The position numbers and the translations under genes were made by a program. This document shows positions 17,625 to 27,122 of a stretch of DNA of 32,000 nt, one piece after another. Position 1 is the first letter of the stretch, and the number at the start of each line of letters is the position of its first letter. The notes under the pieces were generated by a model, which was not told where the DNA came from, did not search any database, and worked only from the letters and a program-made list of their open reading frames with translations. The DNA comes from Candidatus Hermodarchaeota archaeon (GTDB lineage Archaea; Asgardarchaeota; Hermodarchaeia; Hermodarchaeales; Hermodarchaeaceae), in assembly GCA_016840065.1 (NCBI GenBank), contig JAEOTB010000091.1, positions 50,609 to 82,608 on the forward strand, written 5' to 3'.

Positions 17625-18569
17625 TTAATCAGGCATCGCTTCCGGGTTTTTCTCCTTGAGAGTTCTGGCAAGAACAGAAGCCTGTTGCTCTGCTCGTGCA
17701 AGCATGTCAGGCATTGCCTCATCAGTCAAGAAACCAGTAGCAAATACTAAACTTCGTGCTTCTCGATTTGCCTGTTGGAGCAATAGTGGCAGAGTTTCAG
17801 GCGTTATATAGTTAATTGCTAGTGCTACAAATCTGCCTGCCTGAGCAGCTTCCTGAAACTGAGCAATGATATCGCTTGTGCTTATTTCAAATACAGCCGC
17901 TGAAAGAACTGAACCGCTGTCATAGGCAGCAGACAGTTTTAGATAAATTTCATAAGGCTCAAGGCCAAGCCGTGAGAGAACAAGTGCTTGAGCTCTTGAC
18001 ACTGTTTCGCCTGCTTCTACAACCACATGATCCTCTGTGATCCAGATGGATCCACCTTGGACACGGGTTTTTAATCCAACCTGACCCAATTCCGAGATTA
18101 GAGGGCCAGGTGGGAAGCCAGTGTTTCCTGCGGTAATAATGATGTCTTTAGGTGAAACCGTACCAGCTTTAGCTGGAGCTTTTGCTTTGTTCTTATGCAG
18201 CATTTCATTGAGCTCGAATGGATTCGCTTTGGCAAAGGCAAATGCACAGGAGCCTTGAACAAACGGGATTAACTCAGTAAGGCCCTTTTTTGTGGTGGCT
18301 TGTTTAATTGCCCTTATCATCATCGAATTCTTTGCCATGAGAATGACGGCTTCTCCTCTGAGCGCTTTCTTAATCCTCTGAAGCTGTTTCGAGCCAATAC
18401 TCTCTGTTCTGATTAGGCAAATGTACTCGTATTGCTCAATGAGTGAGACTAGGCGATTAACCTCCTCTAGTTTCATTTGAGGAACTGGTCGCCCCTGTTG
18501 GGTTCTAGGAGTATCGCCAGTGGCTACTGGACTCGCACCTGCACTCATTTTCATCACCATAATTGTCAT
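17625..18569 (-). CDS. rpl10: Ribosomal stalk protein uL10 (P0), lacking the usual acidic C-terminal tail
   Basis: Collinear with archaeal P0 through the L10 core, the domain II insert and the spine helices, but it ends ...TLKEKNPEAMPD. Its ATG overlaps the uL1 stop (ATGA). The N-terminal 30 aa or so may be an over-extension. Confidence 0.85.
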   Translation of the reverse strand: MTIMVMKMSAGASPVATGDTPRTQQGRPVPQMKLEEVNRLVSLIEQYEYICLIRTESIGSKQLQRIKKALRGEAVILMAKNSMMIRAIKQATTKKGLTELIPFVQGSCAFAFAKANPFELNEMLHKNKAKAPAKAGTVSPKDIIITAGNTGFPPGPLISELGQVGLKTRVQGGSIWITEDHVVVEAGETVSRAQALVLSRLGLEPYEIYLKLSAAYDSGSVLSAAVFEISTSDIIAQFQEAAQAGRFVALAINYITPETLPLLLQQANREARSLVFATGFLTDEAMPDMLARAEQQASVLARTLKEKNPEAMPD

Positions 18570-19225
18570 ATTTTAATTTCTACAGTTGGACCCATCGTGG
18601 TTTTAACAAACACGTTGCGAATGTTGTTCATTCCTTTTTCGAGATTATGTTCTAGTGCTACTATAACTGCTTGTATGTTTTCTGCAACGAGTTTGGGGTC
18701 CATTGATAGTCTTCCAACTTTTACTTGAATTACAAGATTCTTCCGCATCCGAAGCTTTACAGACGATGAGAACTCAGAAAGGAGTTTTCCGATATCAGTA
18801 TCAGGAGTTACTGGACGCGGCATTTTCCCTCTTGGACCAAGAACAGGACCTAATATTCGACCCACTAGTGGCATCAAATCTGTTTGTGCAATGAAGAAGG
18901 CAATCTCCTCAGCTAGCGCTTTTGCTTCTTCTTTTTCTGAGCCAAGCCGCTCAATATCCTGGGCTTCAAGCACTTTATAGGCCCCTGCTTGACGCGCATT
19001 ATAAGCTAAGTTACCTGAACCGATAACACAAACTCTAGTACCCTCCTCAATGGCGTGAGGTAGAGGAGTATCGATGTTGATTTGTTTTCCTCTTTTCAAA
19101 TCTATACCTTTGAGGTTGACAATGACTTCTATAGACTCCTCAAATTTCCGTTTTTTAGCCTTAGCTTTAGCCTCTGTTACTGCATCGATTATCTTGTCAA
19201 GTTCCACCAAATCAGACGCCCCCAT
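18566..19225 (-). CDS. rpl1: Ribosomal protein uL1
   Basis: 219 aa with typical L1 sequence and position in the L11-L1-L10-L12 cluster. Its ATG overlaps the uL11 stop (TAATG). Confidence 0.9.
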   Translation of the reverse strand: MGASDLVELDKIIDAVTEAKAKAKKRKFEESIEVIVNLKGIDLKRGKQINIDTPLPHAIEEGTRVCVIGSGNLAYNARQAGAYKVLEAQDIERLGSEKEEAKALAEEIAFFIAQTDLMPLVGRILGPVLGPRGKMPRPVTPDTDIGKLLSEFSSSVKLRMRKNLVIQVKVGRLSMDPKLVAENIQAVIVALEHNLEKGMNNIRNVFVKTTMGPTVEIKI

Positions 19226-19713
19226 TAATCATTTGACTGCAGCTGACTGGCGTATGTGCCCTTTTCGATTTCTTGCTGAATGATCCGAGGATCTTCTCCT
19301 TCAACTGTAATCCCCATCGAAACGCAGGTTCCCAGTACTGACTTCACTTTATCCGCTAAAGAAGAGCCTAGCAAGTCTTTCTCCTTCGCTTTTACTACAG
19401 TAATTACCTGTTCAAACGTTATGTTGCCTGTGACCTCAGAACCTGCATTTCCTGTACCTTTTTCTGCGCCAGCCTCCTTAAGAATCAGAGCAGAGGTTGG
19501 CGGCAAGCCAATCTCTATCTCGAACTCCTTTGTATCTGTATCCACAATAATCTTAACGGGAACCCTGAGGCCTTTCAGGTCAGCTGTTAGACGATTAATT
19601 TCTTGGACGATTTGGTACAGGTTTGCACCTGTTGGACCAAGTACTGGAGCAATTGGTGGTCCCGCGGAGGCCTTTCCGCCTTCAATAAGTGCTTCGCAGA
19701 TAGTTTTTGGCAT
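19225..19713 (-). CDS. rpl11: Ribosomal protein uL11
   Basis: 162 aa with GGKASAGPPIAPVLGPTGAN and PVKIIVDTDTKEFEIEIGLPPTSALI. Confidence 0.9.
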   Translation of the reverse strand: MPKTICEALIEGGKASAGPPIAPVLGPTGANLYQIVQEINRLTADLKGLRVPVKIIVDTDTKEFEIEIGLPPTSALILKEAGAEKGTGNAGSEVTGNITFEQVITVVKAKEKDLLGSSLADKVKSVLGTCVSMGITVEGEDPRIIQQEIEKGTYASQLQSND

Positions 19714-19826
19714 TGCTGGTTCCCCTGAGTGGAGTTCAGCTTCTCAAGCTTTACGCAATTTAAAAATCTTGCCTAAGGAAAGCGACTTTTATGATATCCA
19801 CGTAGCGGCGAAATTCCTGTTAGTAC

Positions 19827-20321
19827 TTATAATTCTTCAAGATTCTCCTTCTCTCCCAGAACATCGCGTTCACTCCGTTCCACCAAGCGAAGGAAATCAG
19901 CGTGAACTTTGACTGGAATGCCTGCCGATTCAAAGAGTTCGAGAGTCACTTCGTCCTTGGATGCATCTATTCGCATAACACGAGCCCTTTCGCCCTTGAA
20001 GGGTCCACCAGTAATTTCTACAACATCACCAAGATCTAAGTCTTCTGTTGGTGGACGCGGTAATAGAATATGCTCAATTTCCTTGAGTAACAGGTTTCCC
20101 TTGATAATGCCTTTGATATGAGGAATTCCAGCAATTGCTAGTTCTACATCTCGAGAGCTAGGTGCTTCTATGAAGATGTACCCTTTCAGTGGTTCAGGCA
20201 CAAGAATCGCTTTCAAATCTACTTGACGCTTTGTAACACGACCAGATATGACATGCGCTATCCCTTTCTCTTGACCAATTGTAGTTCGTACAATGTATAT
20301 GTTTGTCTCTTCAGCTGCCAT
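19827..20321 (-). CDS. spt5: Transcription elongation factor Spt5/NusG
   Basis: 164 aa with an NGN domain (IYIVRTTIGQEK...GYIFIE) and a KOW motif (GDVVEITGGPFKGERARV). It sits in the conserved position between secE and rpl11. Confidence 0.9.
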   Translation of the reverse strand: MAAEETNIYIVRTTIGQEKGIAHVISGRVTKRQVDLKAILVPEPLKGYIFIEAPSSRDVELAIAGIPHIKGIIKGNLLLKEIEHILLPRPPTEDLDLGDVVEITGGPFKGERARVMRIDASKDEVTLELFESAGIPVKVHADFLRLVERSERDVLGEKENLEEL

Positions 20322-20371
20322 GAAAGGTCACATCCTGTTTAATTAGAGAAGACACTTTCTTTGAATCGTAA

Positions 20372-20575
20372 CTAAGATGTAGGTCCGAATGCGGGCATGG
20401 ACGTTACCATCAGGAAGACCATCTTGATGATGTAGCCAACGAATCCGATAGCGAAGAGTCCAAGGAGACTGATTCGCAGTTGTAACCAAATCTCGGTCCG
20501 AGTGGGTCTTTTAGCAAGTCGAGCGATACGTTTGGTATTTTCCCAAAATGTTGAAGCGTCAACCATGTCGTTCAC
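20372..20575 (-). CDS. secE: Protein translocase subunit SecE/Sec61-gamma
   Basis: About 65 aa with KRPTRTEIWL followed by a single TM, in conserved synteny upstream of spt5. The start is GTG at 20575 or ATG at 20566. Confidence 0.8.
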   Translation of the reverse strand: MNDMVDASTFWENTKRIARLAKRPTRTEIWLQLRISLLGLFAIGFVGYIIKMVFLMVTSMPAFGPTS

Positions 20576-20657
20576 CTATAGCTAACTAGGGCTTTGGGAT
20601 TTGTCACTACACGTGTTCTTAATAAGTCTTTTCGGCGTGACGAAGTTGAAGGGATGA

Positions 20658-21512
20658 TTATTCCATGAAGTCTTCAATAGGAGCGCGAAGTAAATCTCGT
20701 ACTCGATGGGCTTTGATATTCAGTCCTTCTAGAATTTTCACTAATCGGCTTCGTTGTGACCCCTGAATCCCCTTCCAATCAAGTGCAGCCAAAGATACGC
20801 GACCATGTGTTCTCTCGATTGCTTGGCTGATTAGAGATTCAGAAATCAGGTCCAAATGATATTTCGGCATCAGATGGGATGGTGCAAATCCGGTTTCAAT
20901 GCTTAGGCGGGTGAATGCGGGACAGTAATGCGGCCCTCCGAAGCCAAGAAATGCAGGAGCTGATTTCTGCAGATTTTCTGCCACCGCCATAATAGCACGG
21001 GCGACAGCTTTGGCTGCTGCTTCATTTCGCCAATCATGTTCAGCACTACCTATTTCTACAAAAAGCGTTGGGATCTTCTCAATCCAAGGTCCGTGATGCG
21101 TCGCCTCAAGTCCGCAAGCCCACATATCAAGCTTCAATCGGTTTCGTTCAGCGAGTAAGGTCTGGTGAGCTACCTTAACGGCAGAGGGATGGGCTACACA
21201 TAATTTTGAAGGTTTGCCACCAAGCTCAGCAGCTGACCAATTGCCAGGAGTATGGACCAGTAAGGCTGGTTTGAAAGACGCGGATTTGTGACGTGACGCG
21301 AAGATGAAGATGTCAGCTGACAGACGTTGGTCTAGTCGGTCTGCATAGATACTATCGGACTTGATAGTTACTATGGACAGATTGTTCAACTGATATATTG
21401 GTACACCATCATGAGTCTCCTCTTTCTCACTGAAAGGATACAGCGCAAGTAGTTGTTGTTTGATATTCTGAGCTGCGATATCTTGAACTGAGCAAAGACA
21501 GACGGCGGACAA
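20658..21512 (-). CDS. dtdA: D-aminoacyl-tRNA deacylase, archaeal DTD2 type
   Basis: 284 aa with FIFASRHKSASFKPALLVHTPGNW and ATHHGP motifs, as I recall for the DTD2 family. TTG start. Confidence 0.7.
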   Translation of the reverse strand: MSAVCLCSVQDIAAQNIKQQLLALYPFSEKEETHDGVPIYQLNNLSIVTIKSDSIYADRLDQRLSADIFIFASRHKSASFKPALLVHTPGNWSAAELGGKPSKLCVAHPSAVKVAHQTLLAERNRLKLDMWACGLEATHHGPWIEKIPTLFVEIGSAEHDWRNEAAAKAVARAIMAVAENLQKSAPAFLGFGGPHYCPAFTRLSIETGFAPSHLMPKYHLDLISESLISQAIERTHGRVSLAALDWKGIQGSQRSRLVKILEGLNIKAHRVRDLLRAPIEDFME

Positions 21513-21536
21513 GGTTATCGTCCTCGCCTATGAGTG

Positions 21537-22466
21537 TTACATTAGAAGAGCCAAGGCTGCCTTCTCGGTGTGTAGACGGTTCTCCGCTTGGTCCCAAACC
21601 ACACTGTGAGGACCCTCGATGACCTCATCTGTGATTTCCTCGTCTCGGTGTGCGGGGAGGCAGTGCAGTACAATAGCGTGCGGAGCTGCAAGTTTGAGTA
21701 ATTCCGCGTTAACCTGATAGTCGGGAATAAACGCCTCAAGTCTTTTCGCTTTTTCTTCTTCTTGTCCCATTGATATAAAGACATCAGTATAAAGGATGTC
21801 CGCATCCTTTACAGCCTCTTTCGCATCTTGTGTCACATCGACTTTTGCCAAAGCTTCTTTTGCTCGTTCTTGTGCAACCCTGGTTATCCCTGGGTCTGGC
21901 TGATAGCTATCTGGACATGCCACAACAACCTCCAAACCCATCGTAGCGGCGCCAACCATCAGTGAATGGCAAACATTGTTCCCATCACCAATATAGGCAA
22001 GTTTCAGCCCTTCAAGCTCGTTTAACTTCTCTCTAATTGTCAGCAAATCAGCTAGGATTTGACATGGATGGAACTTGGGAGTGAGAGCGTTTATCACAGG
22101 AATAGTACTGTTCTTTGCTAGTTCCACGACATTACCGTGGCTTCTTGCACGAATAACAATCCCGTGAAGATAACGGCTTAATACACGGGCAGTATCAGCT
22201 ATGGGTTCACCACGGCTGAGTTGTAGTTCTTGAGAACTTAGAAAGAGTGGATAACCTCCTAGTTCATGAATTGCGACCTCGAAACTAACTCTGGTTCGCG
22301 TGGAGGGTTTTTCAAAGATCATCCCTATGGACTTGCCCGAGAGACTTGTACCGACTTCATTTCTATATCGTTGACGTTTAAGTTCAGCAGCAGTATCTAA
22401 CATCAACTTGATTTGCTCACGTGAGAAATCTGCCAGACTTAGAAGATGGTTTCCCTTTAGACTCAT
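21537..22466 (-). CDS. argF: Ornithine carbamoyltransferase
   Basis: FEKPSTRTRVSFE, the HPCQ region, DVFISMG and HCLPAHRDEE motifs. The ATG at 22466 (MSLKGNHLLSLADF) is preferred over the GTG at 22475. Confidence 0.9.
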   Translation of the reverse strand: MSLKGNHLLSLADFSREQIKLMLDTAAELKRQRYRNEVGTSLSGKSIGMIFEKPSTRTRVSFEVAIHELGGYPLFLSSQELQLSRGEPIADTARVLSRYLHGIVIRARSHGNVVELAKNSTIPVINALTPKFHPCQILADLLTIREKLNELEGLKLAYIGDGNNVCHSLMVGAATMGLEVVVACPDSYQPDPGITRVAQERAKEALAKVDVTQDAKEAVKDADILYTDVFISMGQEEEKAKRLEAFIPDYQVNAELLKLAAPHAIVLHCLPAHRDEEITDEVIEGPHSVVWDQAENRLHTEKAALALLM

Positions 22467-22547
22467 CAGCACCACATTCTATACTTCTGTGAAACCTGCA
22501 ATCATTGGATGTATTTAGCCTTTCTCTATTTTGCTGAAAGATACTAT

Positions 22548-23459
22548 CTAGTCTAATGGCACTATTTTTTCAGTGAACCATTCGGGTCGAAACTCCTCAA
22601 GATCAGAGTATTCCTGACCCACACCCACGAAGATTATTGGTTTTCCCGTCGCTAGTGCAATGGAAAGAGCCGCACCACCCTTGGTATCAGCATCGACTTT
22701 TGTAAGAATTGCGGCGTCGATTCCGATTTTCTCGTTGAATGTCCTGGCTTGAGATATAACATCGTTTCCAGCAAGGGCATCTCCTACAAAGATAACTAAA
22801 TCTGGTTCCGCGACGCGGTGAATCTTCTCTAGCTCCGCCATGAGGTTCTTGTCAGTTTGCATACGTCCTGCAGTGTCAATGAAAACCACGTTAATCCCGC
22901 GTGCTCTTGCGTGATTTATTGCATCAAATGCAACCGATGCAGGGTCTGAACCGTAGGGACGGCTGAGTACCCGAACTTTTAGGCGCTCGCCATGGGTGTG
23001 CAGTTGCTCAGAACTACCTGCCCGGAATGTGTCTGCACAGGCAAGGACAACAGAGAATTTTCGCTTGAGAAGCATATGAGTTAATTTTGCGATAGTTGTA
23101 GTTTTCCCGGTGCCGTTTACCCCTAAGAACATCAGAACTGCTGGGTTTCGCTCTTTTCTCCTCTTCTCGATTAGTTGAATGAGATTGATTGGTGTTTTGG
23201 GTGTTAATGCCTCAAGAACTGCTTCCTGGAGTGTTTCTAAAATGAATTTTCTCTTGCTTTGGAGTAATCCGATTTGTTCCCCAGCTATCTTTTCTCTTAC
23301 TCTTTCACAAATGAGGTCCGCAGCTTCTAACGCTACATCATTAGATATTAGAGCAATTTGTAAATCAGAAAAGGCATCATCGATGTTACTCTCGGTAACT
23401 GATTTATGAGTGACACGTTGGACGAAGCCATCTACGGCCTTTCGAAGTTTATCAAACAA
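22548..23459 (-). CDS. ftsY: Signal recognition particle receptor FtsY
   Basis: GVNGTGKTTTIAKL, DTAGR and TKVD (the TKxD G4 motif) of the SRP GTPase family. The N-terminus MFDKLRKAV uses a TTG start. Confidence 0.9.
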   Translation of the reverse strand: MFDKLRKAVDGFVQRVTHKSVTESNIDDAFSDLQIALISNDVALEAADLICERVREKIAGEQIGLLQSKRKFILETLQEAVLEALTPKTPINLIQLIEKRRKERNPAVLMFLGVNGTGKTTTIAKLTHMLLKRKFSVVLACADTFRAGSSEQLHTHGERLKVRVLSRPYGSDPASVAFDAINHARARGINVVFIDTAGRMQTDKNLMAELEKIHRVAEPDLVIFVGDALAGNDVISQARTFNEKIGIDAAILTKVDADTKGGAALSIALATGKPIIFVGVGQEYSDLEEFRPEWFTEKIVPLD

Positions 23460-23482
23460 TGTTTTGCCCTCAAGGAAGTGTC

Positions 23483-23908
23483 TTATCGTTGTACAAGCTG
23501 TGAGATTTGTTTCCGCATTGCTTCAAGTTGTGCATATGCTTTACGTAGGTGTTCTTGTTGGCGCCTTGATATATCTAACAACTGTTCTTGTTGTTTTTCG
23601 AAGCCAGCAAGAGCCTCCTCGAGGGACTTCTCTGCAGCAAAACCTGCTCCAAGAGCGACAATCACATGAGATGCATTTGCGAGGTTTACACGGAGATGAA
23701 CCCCAGAGCCAATGCTGACTAGAATTTCATCACCGGGTTCGTGGTTTTTAAGTTCGGAAACAGCTTTTGCCGTTTCAGCGAGACGCGATTCTTGAGCTTG
23801 GAACATCTGGAGATTTGATTGACCACGAGCAATCTCCTCTTCCATTATTTGGATATTCTGAACGAGTTGGCGTGCATATTGTTCTCTCTGTTGCTGTTCT
23901 TCAGACAT
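23483..23908 (-). CDS. pfdA: Prefoldin alpha subunit
   Basis: 141 aa with coiled coil, central beta hairpins, then coiled coil. It is in the conserved position next to ftsY and rplX. Confidence 0.8.
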   Translation of the reverse strand: MSEEQQQREQYARQLVQNIQIMEEEIARGQSNLQMFQAQESRLAETAKAVSELKNHEPGDEILVSIGSGVHLRVNLANASHVIVALGAGFAAEKSLEEALAGFEKQQEQLLDISRRQQEHLRKAYAQLEAMRKQISQLVQR

Positions 23909-23953
23909 TGGTTAATATCCCCTAATCCGTATTAGCTGCGGGTTTGTTCTAAA

Positions 23954-24187
23954 CTAATCGATTCCAGCAAGTCGTCTGACAATCAGTGTTTTCGCTTCAG
24001 TGGGAGGTATTTCTGTCACTTGATCAATTGTTATTTTTTGTCGCTTCACTCGATGAAAACTCCCGACTTCTGTGTAGACCTGTTCGCAAGCGTGTTCCTC
24101 GGTAATTGCACGGATTTCTCGACTAAATCTAAATTGCTTGTTACGCCGGATGTATGTGCCCTGGATGCGAAATACTTTCACTGACAT
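23954..24187 (-). CDS. rplX: Ribosomal protein LX (eL20 family)
   Basis: 77 aa, MSVKVFRIQGTYIRRNKQFRFSREIRA..., in conserved synteny between pfdA and aIF6. Confidence 0.8.
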   Translation of the reverse strand: MSVKVFRIQGTYIRRNKQFRFSREIRAITEEHACEQVYTEVGSFHRVKRQKITIDQVTEIPPTEAKTLIVRRLAGID

Positions 24188-24307
24188 AATGCTGACCTCA
24201 TTTCAATATGCAGCTACTCAACCGAATGGGTGACCATATTTTAAAGATTGCCCAAACACTCCTATCCTTCAAGAAGCATCCTACTTCTAGGGAAACGGGT
24301 TTAGATA

Positions 24308-24976
24308 TTATGCAAAAAATGTTTGACTAATTGCCATTAGTTCAGGGCCTGTAGTCTCGAATCCCGCAGCTGCAGCGTGGCTAGTAGCTAGGAGGCCGAT
24401 GGAAACATAGGGAACTCCACAATTAATCGTACTTACATCAGCTGGAACACCAAAAAAATCTGAGAGGTGTTCCAATTCTGGACTGGAAATACCTGTATGA
24501 GCTAGCAGCCCCCTATTTGTTACAGTACAATAGGAGCCTACGAGGTTGGACCCTGCAACTGTGCCCGCCTCGACCTCAACATCTAGAGCATCTTGGATGG
24601 CTTGGACTTCTTCTCTAGTGAATTCGCTACTCACGAGGGCAGCTTTATCATTGACAAGAACCAAGTTCCCAAGCGCTGTTAGACGCGATTTCAGAGAGAC
24701 TATTGAACCCTCTATCGACGAACTTAGTGCTTTAATCTCTTCATCTAGCGTAAAGTGCGGCACTAGTAGACCATTCACGTTCCCAGCGGATAATATACCT
24801 ACTAGAGAACTGTCACCAAGAGTCGTAATGATTGGCGGCATCTCGAAGAGGTCTTCTAATGCGCGTTGGGTTGGTTCGCGGTTCGATGCTAGGAGTAGCC
24901 AGTAATCAGTAACACGACAGAAAGCACCAATATTTGAACTGCCACTGAAATTGAGCCGCCGAACCTTCCCTTGCAT
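24308..24976 (-). CDS. eif6: Translation initiation factor 6 (aIF6)
   Basis: Pentein-repeat sequence including NIGAFCRVTD, VGILSAGNVNGLLVP and VGSYCTVTNRGLL. The ATG at 24976 is preferred over the GTG at 24991. Confidence 0.9.
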   Translation of the reverse strand: MQGKVRRLNFSGSSNIGAFCRVTDYWLLLASNREPTQRALEDLFEMPPIITTLGDSSLVGILSAGNVNGLLVPHFTLDEEIKALSSSIEGSIVSLKSRLTALGNLVLVNDKAALVSSEFTREEVQAIQDALDVEVEAGTVAGSNLVGSYCTVTNRGLLAHTGISSPELEHLSDFFGVPADVSTINCGVPYVSIGLLATSHAAAAGFETTGPELMAISQTFFA

Positions 24977-25024
24977 AGAAACAAGCCACACATTGAAAAT
25001 AGAGTAGAAAGATATCCGCTTCTA

Positions 25025-25348
25025 CTATTGTCCTTCTACCAGATAGACTCGGACTATTCCTTCTTTATCTTTGGTTGTTCTAACCCGAACCCGCCGCGGA
25101 GGTTTTTGAATCCCCCGCGCCCACAAATATTCATTAAGCGCTGGATCAATAATCAAATCCTCTTCCCCTTCTTCGGGCTTCATATGCCGAATAATAAAAG
25201 CACGCACCATATTAACCGCTCGTTTCGCACGCCTAGTACGCACCGTATCATAGACTTTACCAAGAGGAATAGTGTAAAGCCTCTCAACAACTACATCATC
25301 AACTACTTCAGGAACAGCCGAACCTGTTAACCCTTCTTCACTTGACAT
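25025..25348 (-). CDS. rpl31e: Ribosomal protein eL31
   Basis: 107 aa with RLYTIPL and NEYLWARGIQKPPRRVRV. Confidence 0.9.
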   Translation of the reverse strand: MSSEEGLTGSAVPEVVDDVVVERLYTIPLGKVYDTVRTRRAKRAVNMVRAFIIRHMKPEEGEEDLIIDPALNEYLWARGIQKPPRRVRVRTTKDKEGIVRVYLVEGQ

Positions 25349-25362
25349 ACTCGAATTAACTC

Positions 25363-25518
25363 CTATGGCTTAAGTTTTGAACGCCGCCACTGCCGACGCT
25401 TAGGATGATTGCGAACCTTACCCGCTGTTTTTACCATAATCCACGTTGGCACACTGACATTCGATTTTAGTGCTCGTGCTAGACGGAGTTTCTTGCCGAG
25501 AGGTTTGTTTCGTGCCAT
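25363..25518 (-). CDS. rpl39e: Ribosomal protein eL39
   Basis: Absent from the ORF track because it is only 51 aa. My hand translation of the minus strand gives [51 protein letters not shown] followed by TAG. It lies in the expected synteny next to eL31. Confidence 0.85.
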   Translation of the reverse strand: MARNKPLGKKLRLARALKSNVSVPTWIMVKTAGKVRNHPKRRQWRRSKLKP

Positions 25519-25571
25519 TTCTCTTCACATCTATTTGGGACGTCTTTTGGTTATCTTTCTTGTGATTTTTT

Positions 25572-25892
25572 CTAGTGCTTGAATTGGATTTTCGGCTCTC
25601 GTTGGCGTGCGCGTACTTGGGCGAGCATTTGTTTTAGTTGTCTGTCTGATAGGGGAATGGAGGGTAGCCGTTTCATTTGTGCTAGACGAATCAGTTCGTT
25701 TTCTATCTGTTCGGCAAAAGCTGGCTTGACCATCCTGAGGTTTACCAGTCTTGCTCGGGCTTCTGGTGTTAGAATCTGGCGTAGAACTGCGTCTTTTTGC
25801 CTTCGAAACTCTTCATGCTGGGCGGCAGCTTGCTGCTCTTCGGCAGCAGCACGTTGGAGTTCAGCCATCTTTCGCCGCCGAATTTGTTCCAT
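25572..25892 (-). CDS. PDCD5/TFAR19-like DNA-binding protein
   Basis: 106 aa with ILTPEARARLVNLRMVKPAFAEQIENELIRLAQ, typical of the archaeal PDCD5 homologue found between eS19 and eL39. Confidence 0.8.
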   Translation of the reverse strand: MEQIRRRKMAELQRAAAEEQQAAAQHEEFRRQKDAVLRQILTPEARARLVNLRMVKPAFAEQIENELIRLAQMKRLPSIPLSDRQLKQMLAQVRARQREPKIQFKH

Positions 25893-25929
25893 TTCTTCGT
25901 CGCTCAGATTTTTACCCTCCCATTAACTT

Positions 25930-26358
25930 TCAACTTGCATCCTGCGTTAGGGTCATATGTGCTAATCGGTCAAGGAAGGACCGCCCCTTGCTGGACAACA
26001 CTCGCCCTACACCTTTCTCTAGGGTTACCAAGCCAGCCTTTTCTAACTGTTGAAGGGCCTTTCTGATAATTGAGCCGCTACCCCGAGCAAAATGGTTGGG
26101 GCGTGTTCCCCGCCTATTTTTACCGCCGTATGCTGTGCGCAGACGTGAAACACCGGTTTTCCCCTTTACGTAAAGGCGGCGGAGAATCGCTGCGCACCGG
26201 ATATACCACCAATCAGGATCGGTTGGAGGTCGCTCTTTGTGGGCACCTGTCTTAACGTAACCCGCCCATTTAGGCGGCTTTACCTCTTTCGCTTTTTTCA
26301 GTTCCTCTGCAATACGAGGGATTAGCACTTCTGCAGCAATATCATAGACCGTTGACAT
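25930..26358 (-). CDS. rps19e: Ribosomal protein eS19
   Basis: 142 aa with PPKWAGYVKTGAHKERPP, DWWYIRCAAILRRLY and GGSGSIIRKALQQLEKAGLV-type sequence. Confidence 0.9.
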   Translation of the reverse strand: MSTVYDIAAEVLIPRIAEELKKAKEVKPPKWAGYVKTGAHKERPPTDPDWWYIRCAAILRRLYVKGKTGVSRLRTAYGGKNRRGTRPNHFARGSGSIIRKALQQLEKAGLVTLEKGVGRVLSSKGRSFLDRLAHMTLTQDAS

Positions 26359-26456
26359 CGTAAAGACCCCACTGTTGCATGGAATGCAAACTCACTGACA
26401 GGTCGGCTCACGGTAGTCGGAGAGCCCTATAAAATTCTTTCGAGGTCTGCAGTAAA

Positions 26457-26723
26457 TCAAACGGCTTTTCGTGATAAAACAACAACCAAGCCTCGTCGTC
26501 CGCAGGCAACACAGGAGGTTCGTTCTATTAACTCGGCTATTATCTTGTTCAATGTACCTCCCGATAAGGCTGATGGTAGTACTCGCACCTTAATCAGTTC
26601 TTTACCCTTAAGCTGGCGCTTTACCTCTGCCACAACCCGTTCACTCACTCCAGCCTTCCCGATCCGAACACTTGGTTTCTCTTCAGCCCAAAACCTTGCT
26701 AATTCGCGTCTATCTTTTACCAT
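26457..26723 (-). CDS. YhbY/CRM-domain RNA-binding protein
   Basis: VRIGKAGVSERVVAEVKRQLKGKELIKVRVL matches the CRS1/YhbY fold signature. The ATG at 26723 is preceded by GGTGG. The ORF extends to a GTG at 26738. Confidence 0.75.
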   Translation of the reverse strand: MVKDRRELARFWAEEKPSVRIGKAGVSERVVAEVKRQLKGKELIKVRVLPSALSGGTLNKIIAELIERTSCVACGRRGLVVVLSRKAV

Positions 26724-26744
26724 CTCATAACCACCCACTCTACA

Positions 26745-27083
26745 TCATGATTGTACTCTTCGACTCTTGCGTTTCCATACACGCTTACTCCGGTGCCCAC
26801 AGGAACACGTTACAATGAGTGAACTGTTTCTACCAGCTCTGCGCAAACGTACACGGCTGTTTACACCGAACTGAAATGGTGTTGCACACCTGCGGCAGAA
26901 CAGGTAACGATACTCGTGTGGTAAGCAGACCCTAGTCCGCATCACAATACGCTGCACTATTTGCACATAATGCTTCGCCAGCGTAGGTTGTGTACTCTTT
27001 ACCTCCTCCGCAAGCTCAATTAACATACGAAGCCGCCTCTGAACAAGCCTGCGCCATCTTCTTGCTCCGTGGAACCGTCTCAC
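26745..27083 (-). CDS. rnp4: RNase P protein component 4 (Rpp21/Rnp4)
   Basis: RLVQRRLRMLIELAEE...LAKHYVQIV...FCRRCATPF...VRLR...TCSCGH (a Zn ribbon) is collinear with remembered Pyrococcus Rpp21. The track ORF (to 27179) runs into a tRNA gene, so the start must be internal. GTG at 27083 is preferred, or GTG at 27098. Confidence 0.8.
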   Translation of the reverse strand: MRRFHGARRWRRLVQRRLRMLIELAEEVKSTQPTLAKHYVQIVQRIVMRTRVCLPHEYRYLFCRRCATPFQFGVNSRVRLRRAGRNSSLIVTCSCGHRSKRVWKRKSRRVQS

Positions 27084-27122
27084 ATCAATCAGCCACACGA
27101 TTAGAAACCAAAGAAAGGGAAA

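Noticed and set aside
19280-19912. A 210-aa plus-strand ORF antisense to uL11 that runs into the spt5 3' end
   Set aside because: It lies entirely opposite a highly conserved ribosomal protein gene. Its product is a low-complexity Ser/Pro/Ala-rich sequence with no recognisable domain. This is the typical shadow ORF of a strongly codon-biased gene.
25579-25926. A 115-aa plus-strand ORF antisense to the PDCD5-like gene
   Set aside because: The product is Arg/Ser/Cys-rich nonsense that mirrors the Glu/Ala/Arg-rich helical gene on the other strand. No start context or family is evident.
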